From NCBI GenBank assembly GCA_963920595.1, contig OY986950.1, positions 2,356,001 through 2,420,000 of the forward strand: a stretch of DNA of 64,000 nt. The letters are read 5' to 3'. Numbering within the stretch: the first letter of the stretch is position 1; every line of letters starts with the position of its first letter. Positions 1 to 12,429 of the stretch are shown in pieces. The notes beneath the pieces were generated by a model. That model worked only from the letters and a program-made list of their open reading frames with translations. It was not told where the DNA came from and searched no databases. Source of the stretch: Eimeria praecox (Eukaryota). Made by a program: the position numbers and the translations under genes.

Positions 1-2343
1 ATAAGCTGCGCAGGCCAGAGTTTCACGTAATGTCAACTGAGACTCTCCAGTTCACTACATCTAGGAATCGATGTGAAATCTGGCATGCAGCATGATGAAA
101 CAGCGACTCAGCATTGCTCAAAAATCACTAGCATGTACTTATTGCTTCAACCTAAAATATTTTCTATATAGCTATAGTTTGCCTTCCCAGCAAAAGCACC
201 ATTTAAAGTGACGTTGTCAAGCGCCTTGAGCAGAAGCCACGCGCGGTGTATTCTCACCTCTTTTTGCTCTGCCCGTGGCCTTCTTCTCCTTTGGGGGAAA
301 GCTAACCATAATCTTTACTTGGACCGCGTTACGCCTGCGACGGAAAGAATAAGACTTTTCAGACGATTGAAAAGCATGGCACGTAATGGGGCTTGGTCAG
401 GAGCTCCACTCCGAGGAGATCATATTTGATCAACTCTGCACGTGTATATCACTAACCATTCATAATCTGCATGCGGGGGATGGTATGGTGCCGTATTCAA
501 ATATATTTGGCGGGAAGCATGACTTATGAGGTGCCGTGGCTTCCCTCTGCTTGGGAGGGCTGTTTTTTGCTGAGCTTTGACCACTGCACGATGGGTTCAA
601 ATCCAACTCACGCCTTTAAAACTCCCCTTCCACCGAATGCGGATTAAGCGTGAATGTAATGCATTCAGCATGAACTTTGAAATGGGGGCTTGGCCGCTGC
701 GTACTCCTGCCGCATGCAGCCCTTGACGCCAACTTCAAACTATGCGTCTGCGTGTGTTCTCATATTGAATGCTCAGTCTACTTCCTATGCCTTTCTACAT
801 GAGGTATATTCAATTTAATTGCTTTATTTCGTATTTGCAAAGCTTGATGGTATTAACTCAGAATCGGTTGTAAGCAAGGTATGGCACGCTCGAGGTTTTA
901 TGGAATATGCATGATCCCCAAACTGTCAGTGCAGCAAAAAGCGTGATATTCCTTGAGGGAATCCCATCGAGCTGGATGAATTACGGGCTCGAATTGAGTG
1001 TCTGCACTATATTGTAAGCAAGCGCGCCAGCTACAAACGCTAACACAAAAAGTAGTGCCGATGACCTCTTTTAGCGTAGCATTATCACGAACCTTCTATT
1101 AACCGCGCTTGCGGGTTTTTCCTTATATTACCTGTTCTTCCCACCCAAGCCCAAACTAGAAAAACATCACCCGACCAGGTCCACGTGAAGGCAGCGTAAG
1201 TGCGCATGAGAATCAATAATTTGGTGTGCAATATGCAGGTGATGCATATGAGGATGCTGCAAGACATCATCATTCCCGCAAAACCGTCGCGACAAAAATG
1301 TTGTGCTTGGAAACATGTGGAGGAAGAAAGTAAATCTGTTGGTACCTCCAGCACTTTCATTTCCTAAGGCTGGCATGGCTTCTCTTTGCAAACCCAAGCA
1401 TGCATTTCTATATGACGCCATTCTAGGAAGCCAGAGTTCATGCTCACTCTGCTTTTGAGTATGTGCTTCTTCAGAAAACTCTAAACATTCTAGGGGAACA
1501 TTGTAGGCGGACCTCATATGACGCGAGGGTCTAAATGCATCCCTGTCATAACGAGCGCCAATGAGGGGAAGCTAACACTAGAGGTGCATCCATACCTTTG
1601 ATAGTAAAAACTTTCAGGCGACAGAACCAAGGTACTGCATAAATGGAGCAAATCTGAGTTGGCGAAAACTGTCAGTTTTCTGCACAAAAAAGAATTAACC
1701 AAATGACCTGAGGAGACAAGATATAATTTTACCACCTTACTAAAAGACAGGCACAGCGTTTTGCAGGATCCGCATACGTAGCCTGTGCCTTGGTGCTGTG
1801 AGCGCAAACAGATCCTAACACACGAAGATAAGCCGAAGTTGAGAGTTCGGGGAAATCCGGCAACTAGAAATTCAACAGAAAGTGCAGAACGGAAAGCTTA
1901 TTTATGGTACGCGACGTCAGGCCTAATAGTGTAAGATTATAAGCGGCTTCCCAAGGTAAAAGAAATCGCTGAGGCCAGACTTCGAGAAGCGGCGCATGGG
2001 GCACCAGTCACAGAAAAGCTCAGGCCTTCCCACAGCAAGTGGCAACGAAGGTCGCAGTTTAAGTTTGTCACACCGAGGGACAAGCTATATTGGTCCTCAT
2101 CGAAGTTCATGGCAGTGCTTAGGATTAGGTAGCAATGCTTTTCACGCCTGCTTAGGGGCAACTGAGGTGTGAAGCTCCAGCACGAACGTTTAACGTGTTT
2201 CTCGAGCCCTCGGCAGAACAACGCCCCTCAGAGACTCTAAAAGAACCGGAAAATTGCTCTTAAGGATGCAATCCCAGTCCAGGCCTTTGCCGTTTTTGCA
2301 TTTACGGGGAGGTATGCGCTGAATAAGCTGGCCGCGGCCTGCT

Positions 2344-2345
<2 letters not shown>

Positions 2346-2440
<95 letters not shown>
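2346..2440. repeat. (TA)n microsatellite, 95 bp
   Basis: Uninterrupted TA dinucleotide run read directly from the sequence. Confidence 0.98.
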
Positions 2441-2442
<2 letters not shown>

Positions 2443-4456
2443 TGAACGCAGGCATTGCACTGACTTCCAAACCCTCATTTGCCGACTAGAATAAAATGCA
2501 TGCGGTGCGCGCTCGCGAATTCATCTACTGAAGTGTTGCCGCAGGATAAGCACGATGCCCTGAAACTAGCTAGAGAAAGCTGGGTGATTATATAAATAGA
2601 TGATCTGCGTGTGTTCTCTCGGAATGCTCAACTGCGGCGTCTGCTGTATTGCAACTGATAAACAAGAAGTAGGGACACGAAATTGTACATACGCAGTTTG
2701 TATGCAGATAAGCAGTAGCAGAAGTGGAACAAGATTCGGCGAGGCCATTGGAGACTTGCAAGTAGTTGCCACCGCAGCATGCTTGAACAGGCACTCAAAA
2801 CTTCTTAGGTCTTGTATTTTAAACCTTAATCATTTCGAGGATTTCGCCCTTGGCATATGCTTGAAAGGGCATATTTAGGAGTCTAAAGAGGAGCTACCGC
2901 CACCTGCAGCCCTTCTTTCGTATTTTGCGGCGGAGCTAGTGTTGCCCCAATCGCTCACAATGGATGTGCCCTTCTTCTGTACTTGCATTTCATTTTTTCA
3001 GATGGTACCTTTACCAAAACTACCAGATGTGGGGCCCCGTAAACAAGTGCAGAGAAGTGAAAGATTACCACTGGCAGGAACTGCGGCAAGCTTCTGCTCG
3101 CACTTTAGTTCAGCAGCAGCGGCACTCGATGATATACGCGGTAGCGTGTTCACACTTAGTTTCGAGCATTTCGTTATCAATCCCTGTAGAATCATTTTCG
3201 TCATTCGCTCGTGTACCTAAGATGGCGTTCTGTGAGGACGCGGAGACAGGCGACAATGTATCGGAGCCTGCATGATGCTGCAATGTTCAACGCCCTTCCC
3301 AATATCAGATCCCCTGTATACTCAAGGCCTGATTAAGTTAAAATCATAGATACTTTGCTGTGCAGCCCGTCGTAAGGTACCCTGAAAATGAAGAAGCTAA
3401 TGTAGCTTTTATAGAAGCATTTGACGCACAATCAGCTTTACCTCCTTCCAGGGTGGCCTCCGTTCTTCATAAAACATGGGCACATGCTCTACTGCAAGGA
3501 CATCGGCAAAATGAAGAGCGAACATTTTTCTCAGGGAACTCTTTCCAAGGCGCTTTCACTTCGGGCCGTTTTGTGAGGACCCTGGGATCCTTGGAATCCT
3601 AACTTGAAAGGCAGTGACTTCCCTTTGACCTTAGTTAAAGCCCTCTTCTGTTTTGTCAAGTACCAAGTGTCCTTTCAGTACTTTCGCATTAGTGTAAGCT
3701 GCCTCGAAAATATCCTATCCGTAGGCGTCTTGTATTCGACGTAGTGTCGGGATCCCGTTGGAGACAGAAGCTAGAATTACAAAGCGAGTCAATTAACACT
3801 TTACCATGTGCATTCACAAATGGAAACCGATGTTTCAATCAGAAGCACCTAGCCCATTTTCTGTAGTAAAGGAGAGGTCTGGGTGCTCATGCGTCTTTAA
3901 TACACTACCTCTTGTGCTCCTTGGGCTACTTGCTCTAGCTTGCGTCCAGAGTATTCAATTGACGCCTCTTGCAAAGACGACAGTACGAGCAGACTATCTG
4001 AGGAAGGCAGGTGCGCATATTGGGCCTCGATTTGATATGTTTTGCTGCTAAGTCTTGAGGTTTGGCTCGCGGATTACCCGGATTAGCAAAGGGACACCTG
4101 GCGGTGCCATGCGACTGAAACAGCAACGAACTGCAACCAGATACATCACTTGGGGCCCTTCATAAGAAAGGAAGGGGGACTATACTATCTGGAAGCTCTA
4201 GCTGTGAATACTAAAAACGAGCAGGGATGGAGATGTGCATGATGCGCAGGCAACCTTTGTGTGTCTCCATATCTTTGTATTACGAAAGTGCAGCCGTTTC
4301 ATAGGTGGATGCTTAAGGAGCTGCACGAGGATTCGTCACGGGGATGCTCTCGTGGAACAAAAAATCGCCCTTCCTGGCTTCAAGGCTGCTCTGCAAAAAT
4401 CAGTTCGGGAACGCATTACTCATTTCATTACGCCGATGATCCCTGGCCAAGCACCG

Positions 4457-5404
4457 TCAGGAATCGTCTTCGCTCTCAAGCACCTCATAAATTTGGCTTC
4501 TTTTAACGCCCATCCTTAAGAGGATCTGACTTAGTTCCCTTTGGACTTCGGGCGGTATTTCTCCCTTGCGATTTGTAGAGATTGGGTGGCTTGTGCGCTT
4601 TTCTCTCCCAATTGCTTGGTCTACCATTTGATCCCATGTTACTTCCAGTTTGTCGGTTGGATTGAAGAGATGCCTTCCGCAGCCTGCTTCAAACCTCTCT
4701 GGGTTCCGCTTTTCTTGAATACGCCTGTTGATCGTGGCACGCGCCAATTCCTTCAAGTGCGCTGCAACCTCCTCATCGTTTGGAAGCTCATTCAGGTGAA
4801 ACCACCCCAAGGCATGCATTAAACACCCAATGACTTGCATCAGAAGGAACCATGAAAAGAAGGAAAATATTTTTGCTGCGTACTGGACCTTCAGTGCCCA
4901 CAGAGCGAGCCCTCGAGCTGAGTCATCTTCATCAGTAAAGCCTCCCTTGCTTGCATTCAGCTGCCCTATTAGCTGACCGACGCTTGCCAAATCCACGGCA
5001 TCCACGCCTGACATTGCCGCCGCACCCAGAAGCGCTATCCACCTAAATGCTTGATGCTCAGTTGCAAAAAAGGAGTATCCAGCAACGAGGGCAGCACCAA
5101 ATGCTTTCAAGACATTGGCAGCCTGGCGCTCAGCGATGAGGCTGGCGAAAGTGGCAGAGCCATGGCCTGTGGCGGCGGTGGCTACTGATAAAACTACAAC
5201 AGCTGCAGCCGTAAACACAATCTGAGCTATTATCAGCACGCGCGAACAGTTATGCACCCTGTGCAGCATACTAAGTTCGCTGCTGCTTCTTAGGTGGAGA
5301 ACTATTTGCAGAAGGCAAAATACAAATATAGAAAGAGTCGCACATGCTCCAAATATTAATGGCGCTGATGCTGCAAGCGGGTAGTGAGCTACGTCAGTTG
5401 GCAT
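4457..5404 (-). CDS. Hypothetical multi-pass membrane protein (about 315 aa, apparently single exon)
   Basis: 327-codon ORF, first ATG at 5404 (MPTDVAHYP). Several hydrophobic stretches (LIFGACATLSIFVFCLLQIVL, VLIIAQIVFTAAAVVVLSVAT, AFGAALVAGYSFF, IFSFFSWFLLMQVIGCLM) precede a charged C-terminal tail. No family recognised. Confidence 0.7.
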   Translation of the reverse strand: MPTDVAHYPLAASAPLIFGACATLSIFVFCLLQIVLHLRSSSELSMLHRVHNCSRVLIIAQIVFTAAAVVVLSVATAATGHGSATFASLIAERQAANVLKAFGAALVAGYSFFATEHQAFRWIALLGAAAMSGVDAVDLASVGQLIGQLNASKGGFTDEDDSARGLALWALKVQYAAKIFSFFSWFLLMQVIGCLMHALGWFHLNELPNDEEVAAHLKELARATINRRIQEKRNPERFEAGCGRHLFNPTDKLEVTWDQMVDQAIGREKRTSHPISTNRKGEIPPEVQRELSQILLRMGVKRSQIYEVLESEDDS

Positions 5405-6381
5405 TTGCAGGACTGAATGAAGGTGTAGAGCCTTCGACAAAATCCGACTGGTGTCAGACGTATGACAAATCGAAGCTTGGTCGGCTACGTTTGCTGCCCA
5501 AAGTGCAATATGGGGATAGAAGCAAGCCTAATTAACCGCAGCTGCAAGCATTGGGGTTGTCATGCTGTGGGGTCTTCAGATGCGCCATTGGCGCAGAGGG
5601 TGCATAAGAGCTTCACCACATTAGCTGCCTACAAATTTCTGACTTTGCTTACAGACATAGAAGAAAACTAAGCGGAAAGGAACGCAGATTTCAACGTGGA
5701 ATGGCTTCCACGCAAGAACAGGCGGTGCATGTATTATCTAAGAGCAGTTGCCAATAAGGTGGGCTGTATGGACCAAGCGAGTCAAGAAGATAGTTTGTTC
5801 GGGTTCTACAGCTTTAAATAAGGTTACACTCTTACTTATAGGTTCTGCATTCCCTTTGAGTCAGTTAACTTTAATGGGATCCGGGAGTCCTGTGAACTTT
5901 TCCGCGCAGCATGCGGAAATTCTGTACGAAAAAATTTATTGTATGCACTCAATTGTTGCAATGAAAGAACAAAACAATCTAAAAGCCAAAGTTAGCCTGA
6001 GCATGATAGCTTCAGCCGGCATGAGTTGCTAGCCTACTTTTTTGTAGGCTTCTCTCCTTATGGTGCGGCTACACCTTGACTGCAAATCGTTCGCCTGCGC
6101 AGATTTGTAGGTAACTAAAAGCATCCAAAAAGACAAAAACCAGATTTACTTGCATTTTTCCTATGTTTTCCATCATGGACTGTCCAGTTCCACCGACGCG
6201 CCCGTATGCGTATGCACGGAGAGACAAGGTACCTGCGCCCATGCGGAGACAACAAAGTGCCAACCGGCTGCAAAGCTGCTAGATAGAAGTGCAACTAAAG
6301 AGAATGTGTGAAATCGCACGAAGAACCTACGAAGAATCCTATAGGCCACTTACAATATCTCTAGGTTTCGTAAAAAGCAGC

Positions 6382-6399
6382 CTGTGCACTAGTGCACAG
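6382..6399. repeat. 18-bp perfect palindrome CTGTGCACTAGTGCACAG
   Basis: Reads identically on both strands. Confidence 0.9.
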
Positions 6400-6600
6400 C
6401 AGTTCGACAGGTAGAGAATCGGCATGGACAGCCTCCAAAATTTACGCCCTAGGCCGTGAATTTGCCTTAATGGTGACCCTTTAACTTCAGGCCAGCCATT
6501 TCCAGTATTCACTTCGAAAGGGTGCCCACGCAGCGGCAGTTACCTGTAGCTAGCTGTTCTAGGGAAAGCCAAGAATGTGTAGAGCGTGCGCTGCTGGCCA
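6400..6600 (-). mobile_element. Possible highly decayed Ty3/gypsy RNase H fragment
   Basis: Minus-strand translation FLAFPRTASYR*LPLRGHPFEVNTGN resembles the RNase H motif LLAIVxALxxWRxYLxGxPFxVxTDH; weak. Confidence 0.3.
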
Positions 6601-7499
6601 ACCCAAAGTACTAAAGTTCACATAGTAAGGTTACCGTTAGATCCATGCAAAGAGCCGTATTACTTTGTTGCATAGGATATATACATGCCGGACTGCATGC
6701 ACAAACGTACTTGAGATACTGCGCATAACATTCACAAAGGGAAGGCCAGCTGCTACAATAGTCCCGGTATGAGTTTTCATGCAACTCCTGCTTGCCCTCT
6801 GATGCACGCCACGTGCCGTTTACGCTCGATCCTCAGAATGGTTCTGCCTTCGCTTACCGTCTGAAATTACTACAGCTCCTGGTTTCCGGGCCCTGACATG
6901 CCACTCGCTTCCTGCTATATTTCAAACCCCCAGTTTACGCCAAATCCAGAAGGGGGCTCCAAGTTTAGAAATGGCAATGCGTTTGCTGCTCATTAGCCCC
7001 CGTGGTAAAGATTATGTAGGCAAAAGTACTTTAGATCCGGTAATGCCAACATGCATTTAAGCATTGCAATTGTGTGTGTGACCGCTGCGTAAAATTGGCT
7101 GATGACTGCACCTCCATTTCGTCAAGCAAGGGCTCCCAGCTGAAACATAATATCGGAACCAACCGGTTATAAATTTCGAGTGCATCGCAAAGCTGTGATG
7201 AAACCGAAAGAGCTCTGCAGGCCCTCCTTTATTACGCGTAGCAGGGGGCTTTCGTGGACAGTGCACAAGCATTGCCGCTCAGGCGGCCGCAGTGGGAATA
7301 TCATGAAGTGTCCGGCCTCCGGCCACCATTGACTGTCGCAGAGCACTAAGCGCTTAAAAAGTGACTGTGGAAAACGTGGCTTGCTGAGAGTGGCATCCTA
7401 AATCTTCGGGCACTTAAGGCGCTTGCGCACTGCGTAGAATAGCCTACGTGAAGTTGGTGCATGCCTTTATACTTGCATGCAGACTGGTTACTCAGGGCT

Positions 7500-8400
7500 A
7501 AGCAAAACGTTGAGCCATTGTATACAGTATTAGTGTACGGCGCGGAGGACGCTTGGCTTTGCTGGCATGCGGGTCTTCCTTGTATAAAACGTGCAGCAAT
7601 GAATGCTGTAATTTATGAGAGGACACCTCCTCTCCGCACCAGCCACAAGACCTTTTGCCGCTGTGTAACGACAGACTGGAGAAGGCTTTCGTTCATTGAG
7701 AACTCTCGGCTTGTTTTGCATTTTAACTCCGTTACAACCGATGGCTGTTTCGGTCTCTGGCAGAAGAATCTCACCCTCCGGAGGACCGACAAACATTACT
7801 GCTTGCGTTTTAAGATCTTGTTCAAAGACACTTCCAAGAAGATGCCTTTAACCTACACAGAAGGACGAGAGAAATGAAGGCAGCAAGTCTCCCGGGCGAA
7901 TTTTCGTATAATGCTTCAAGAGTGGCCCGGGTGGCACTGTGACATCTGAACTCACCAGACTCAAATTCCGCCCGTCGCGCCTTGTTAGCGCCTGTGCCAA
8001 AGCACACCCGCAGAAGTAGGTTCTACAATCCATTGCCATGATTTACGTCACCACTTATAAACAGCAATATTTACCTTCACATGCAGCTTGCATCTCTACG
8101 TCACAAAGAGCTTGATTTAAGGTACTGATGGACTCAAACGAGGAAGATGGGCAACTGTAGCAGGTTCGGCTTGTGGATGCTTTGATATTTGTGTGGGCGC
8201 TGGGTGCTGGAAGTGGCTGTGTTTAGTGGAAGTGTTTCGCATTTTTCCACGGTGTTAGTACATGCGTGGTCACCATAGGCATTTGTTATCGTCAAAAGGG
8301 AGTGTAGATATGATTGCGCGGCCTTTCCGTGGACCTCGTACTGCTGTGGTCAATGTGCTCAAGGCAGCTAGAGACAGGCAAGACCATATGATTTCTGAAT
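7500..8400 (+). mobile_element. Possible highly decayed Ty3/gypsy pol fragment (RT-connection/RNase H/integrase C-terminal pieces)
   Basis: Scattered motif remnants in pol order across frames: RRTLGFAG (RSFLGLAG), LEKAF, LVLHFNSVTTDG (PVL..F.V.TDAS), RSCSKTL (AYxSKxL), VLKAARDRQ (LKxAQDRQ). Weak. Confidence 0.3.
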
Positions 8401-8489
8401 AGCGACAATAATATATGAATTACTCTTGTACATTCTGATGGTCCTAGAATAAGGCAGCGGAGTCTCTAAACACTTGATGGCGCCGCAAC

Positions 8490-10230
8490 CCTTCCGTTCC
8501 ATTGCAGGACCGTGCGCGATTCTGCGCAGGGCGGGCAGTTGACCCATCTTGATGAGTTCTGCTAACTATATAGTCGCAGCCGCTGCACAAACGTGTGGTT
8601 CGTATGTTCATTATGGCTGGCTGCCACCGGATGATTCGCCGTGGCTACCTTGTGGTCCATATTAAGCAGTTTCGAGAGAGCACCCCAGAAAGCGGTAGCA
8701 AGCCTCGGATCCTTGCCACCAATGATGCTCTCAAAGACCCATGGGGCTTCCAGACGTGAGTACTGAACAATTGGGCAGCTCTTCCTGCTATACCTGAATT
8801 CAAAAGGCGATGAAGTGGGCATATTGACTGAGTCCGTAGATGCTATCACACCCCCTAACTGCTGGTAAACCCACTATCCATCGAAATGGCCAATCAGATC
8901 CTGTTGGGGATCAGAAGATTCTACAAGGGTCCAGGTTTCAGACTGCTCCGCAGTCTCCGCTGCCGACATTTCGTGTAAGCAAGTAATGTCATATTCTCCA
9001 ACTGACGGGCCCATTCTACGCTACCAAAACGAGCTAGCAACCCGCTCCCACCCTTGAATTGACACTTTCATGGTAAGCCAAAATATGCTCCTGCATTTTG
9101 TTCACAACTTCTGTGCAACTATAAGCTGGGAAACGTAATAGGCGCAGTCCAAGCCTCGTCTGGTACGACAAGAGATCGTTGCCGATGCGGGACTACTTGA
9201 CTCACCGCCCCTTGTTGGTCGTAGAGAGGCCTTCAGTTGCAAGAGTATATATAGAGTACAGCCAATGCAATTTAGAGGGGAAATGGGATTCATTGCAGAT
9301 AAGCACAGTTATACAGAAAACTGGCTGACCGCTAGGGCATCGGGAGAGTGCGTTAACACACTGGTGATAAGTTGACATAATTGATATGCCTTACTGCATG
9401 GGAAGGCAAAGCCACCTGCCCACTCTTTCATCGTCGTAGTTTCGAAAACTCTTTTTCAGGAGCGTCGAGGATTGATGGCCGGCTTGAACAGTGAAACGCA
9501 CGCGATATAGCCAATGCAGACCCATTTTTTACTCGCTACCAGACCGCGCAGAACTTCCTCCCACTATCTGGGGGAAATCAACTATTTCACGCCGTAGTTC
9601 CTTATCTATGTACACCGGCCGGTTACCGGTTGCCTCTACTCGGGGGGTTGACCTACGGTGAACCAAGTATATAGAATCCCTCGTCGTGAACCAATTAGAT
9701 AGAAGCTCCCGTCCGACGGGTGTACTTTTGTTCGATAGTACCACATTTAGCGTTCTACCGGCTGTTTGCCTTGGTTAAGTTTTATCAATTTCTCGATACC
9801 CTCTTCCCTTCCAACCGAGGGAGTAGACCTGCATCACAGAGCATCAACAAAGGTTTGCTCGGTCCTGGTGTGCTAGAGGAAAGCAGAAGCTTAGCTTAGA
9901 TTTGACCATCGTCGTGCGTATCGCTTTAATACGGAAAGTGCCAACACCAACTAGAGTTCTTCCGTTGCGTTTTGAAGACTAAGGGAACCGAGAAACTCCT
10001 CTACTGCTTCTACAACGCGGCGCTGAATGGTCACCAAAACCATAGGCATGGAGATTCGCTTTCGAACTAGTATTGCGGACATCGGCCTTGTTTCCGCTCG
10101 GTGACGCCCTCAGACTGGGTTGCATCGCCATTCGAAGGCAGATCATCATTAGAAGCCAATGCGCAGGGGGAAAAGGTTGAAACGTTTTAAGAATTGTGAG
10201 CAAGATTGCTTAAGTGTTTATCTCGCTTTT
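8490..10230 (-). mobile_element. Degenerate Ty3/gypsy LTR-retrotransposon pol relic: RT C-terminal half, RNase H, integrase
   Basis: Motifs lie in gypsy order on the minus strand with stops and frameshifts. RT: SNDDL (YxDD), KANL, IKAI, SAFL*. RNase H: GNRPVY, HWLYRVRFTVQAGHQS (HYLYGxxFTVxTDHQS), RVGRWL, VNALSRCP (ADALSRxP). Integrase: zinc-finger remnant ILAYHES / SFW*RRM..EY..TC, IPNRI*LAISMD, VGLP..GCDSI..LSQYAHFI, core SIIGGKDPRLATAFW..VATANHP..NEHTNHTFVQRLRLY. Confidence 0.85.
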
Positions 10231-10319
10231 CCCCCTTTCACCAGTTATTGCAATACAGAAGGCAGACCTGCTGTGGAGGATCAGGTTTGTTGCTCGCACC
10301 TAACCTCCACAGCAGGACG

Positions 10320-12280
10320 GCCATTGAAGAATGGGAAGCGGCGTTGCAGAGGAAGATCGAAAAGACTGGAGCATTGACCCTTTCGGACGCTCTGCTAGCT
10401 GCATTTGCCATAGCCGCTCTAAGGGACGCAGATAACTTCTTCACCTTCTCATGGGTGTACGCCATGACGCTCCCGGACAAGGTTGAGGACTTTCACTATG
10501 CCGTTAGGCATAATGAAAGTCCTCAACCCTGTCTGGGGTGCGTCGTGAGCTGCAAGAGAGTCAAATACGAGTACCAACGTAGCGCAGAGCATGTTACAGT
10601 TTCACGGTCCAAGCCGATGTACAATCCCTGACACAAGTAACAAGGCCTTTTCAAGACGCCGCTAGTGAAAGATGTGTTCGACGCCCTTCCCCGCCTACGT
10701 GGACGACGTCAGAGTCATGTAAACCATTTGCGCTACCATTGTCGCAGCTGACACACTCTCACGACTCTACGCCGTTCAGGCACTGTGCCACTGTGTTATG
10801 CAACAATGCATGCTGACAATGCTTGCGTTTTGCTTATTCTTTAGACGTTCACCCGGCTACACTTCTACCGGAGGTCAACAAGGAAAGACCTGGTAAGCAC
10901 TATGGCAAAGTAGGCTGCGCCTTGTGCTGTCAGGCGAATGGTGGACTATGCCAACTTTACGGCCGAGCCTAGCTTCGTAAATATATTTTGCGCAAGGTGC
11001 ATAATCGCGCTTTAGCGGGGCAAGGTGGAGTCAGCACAGCAGCGGAGTGGGTGGCTAGGCCCGTTCGGTGACTTAGGATTAGCCCTCCTGCCGAAAACCG
11101 TCTCCGGACATATCTGGAAGGCCAGCAGCTGGAATCGTGGAATGCCCTCAAGTTTGAACTTTTTCAGATTCTTCAGACCCCAAAACGGCTTTGGACGGAT
11201 CCGTCTTGGGATCTGAAAAACATGATTGCTAAACGAAAGGTACATCGATTATGAAATCAACTGAGATATCTGGGCTGATATCCTAATAGATTTCACTGTC
11301 GGTTTGCCACTCATTAGATGCAGCGAGATAATTTACCTTGCCATGAACAAGCTCAACATATATGCCCACTTCATCCCCACTGGTAGTTCAGTTACAGCAG
11401 GATGGGAGTATCAATTCTTCGCTAATCACGTATCGCAGCTTCACGGTTTTCTGAAAAGCACGCTTATTCACATTAGCCCACAATTAGTTAGCTCCTTCCA
11501 ACACAACTTCTCGAGGCTGCGTAATATCAGCTATAACATGCCCATTGTGAACTACATCCAGGCAAAAGATTTAAATAAGCACACCCCCACCACGCTGGTG
11601 TAGGATTTGTGAATCTATGCCCCCCCAAATCATCAAGGCTACTTGATTTCTTCCTTTGTGAGGAATGGGTGCATAGTGTGACAGTGCACACTTCAATCAA
11701 TTGCCTTCTCCTTGCGTGCGCCGAAACACCTTTCTCTGACCCCCCATTGGATCTGTTGTCTGGCTGCCAGCGCTATACGCCCGTTGCAACACACTTCCTT
11801 GCACTGCGTGCAGCAGCTCGGGAGTGTATGAAGACGCACGGGAGGCAAGCGAGAAACTACGCAAGATAACGCTCGGCAGGCACTATTCACTTAGAAGAGT
11901 TTATTTTACAGAACTCGCACGCTATGCGTAGCGCGCGGGACGACGAACAGCCTAACCAGCGCGCTATACGGTGGTTAAAACCCTTTTCGGTCCAGTTCGT
12001 GTTCAACACTTTGCCTAGCACTGCAGATTTACTTTCAGTGTGTAGATGCCGGCATATCATTAATGTCATTTCTCCAGAAAGGGTCAGGGAATCACCTGAA
12101 TTTCTCCAAAATAAGTGGCAACAAATTCATTGTGGGAAACAGCAACTGGAGAAGAACAGGCTTCTGCACGGATGTGCCCCGACGGGTAAAAGCCACAAAA
12201 AGAGAAAGCATTGCGTTGATGGCCAGGTTATGCATAACGTAAGTGGGTTCTGAGGATCGCCTCCCCGATGTAACTCCTCA
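10320..12280 (+). mobile_element. Degenerate chromovirus-type Ty3/gypsy relic: gag fragment, integrase, GPF/Y motif, chromodomain (PR/RT/RH not recognisable)
   Basis: Gag-like EEWEAAL..SDALLAAFAIAALRD..LPDKVEDFHYAVR (10320-10520). Integrase WADILIDFTVGLP..KLNIYAHFIPT..VTA..FFANHVSQLHGF (11270-11600), then EEWVHSVTVHTS. RAIRWLKPFSV corresponds to KLAPRWxGPF (about 11960-11990). Chromodomain-like ALR*WPGYA*RKWV at about 12205-12250. Confidence 0.8.
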
Positions 12281-12429
12281 GGAATAGCTGCACATGCTCC
12301 TCGGCTCAGCGGTGGCTACTGGACGAATGGCACGCACACCGTGAGCTGAGTAGCACTTATGGCTGGCCATTCCTGTGTCTCGCTTATCTTTACATCTGCA
12401 AGCTCGCTGAGACTAATTATTTTTGCCAC

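Noticed and set aside
540..620. GGTTCAAATCC T-loop/B-box-like motif suggesting a tRNA
   Set aside because: The T-stem pairs poorly and no acceptor, D or anticodon stems can be built.
1085..3700. Protein-like low-complexity minus-strand stretches broken by stops
   Set aside because: No recognisable domain or consistent splice model; cannot distinguish UTR, pseudogene or noise.
9531..9541. TGGTAGCGAG on the minus strand resembling an iMet primer-binding site
   Set aside because: It lies inside in-frame RNase H homology, so it is coincidental.
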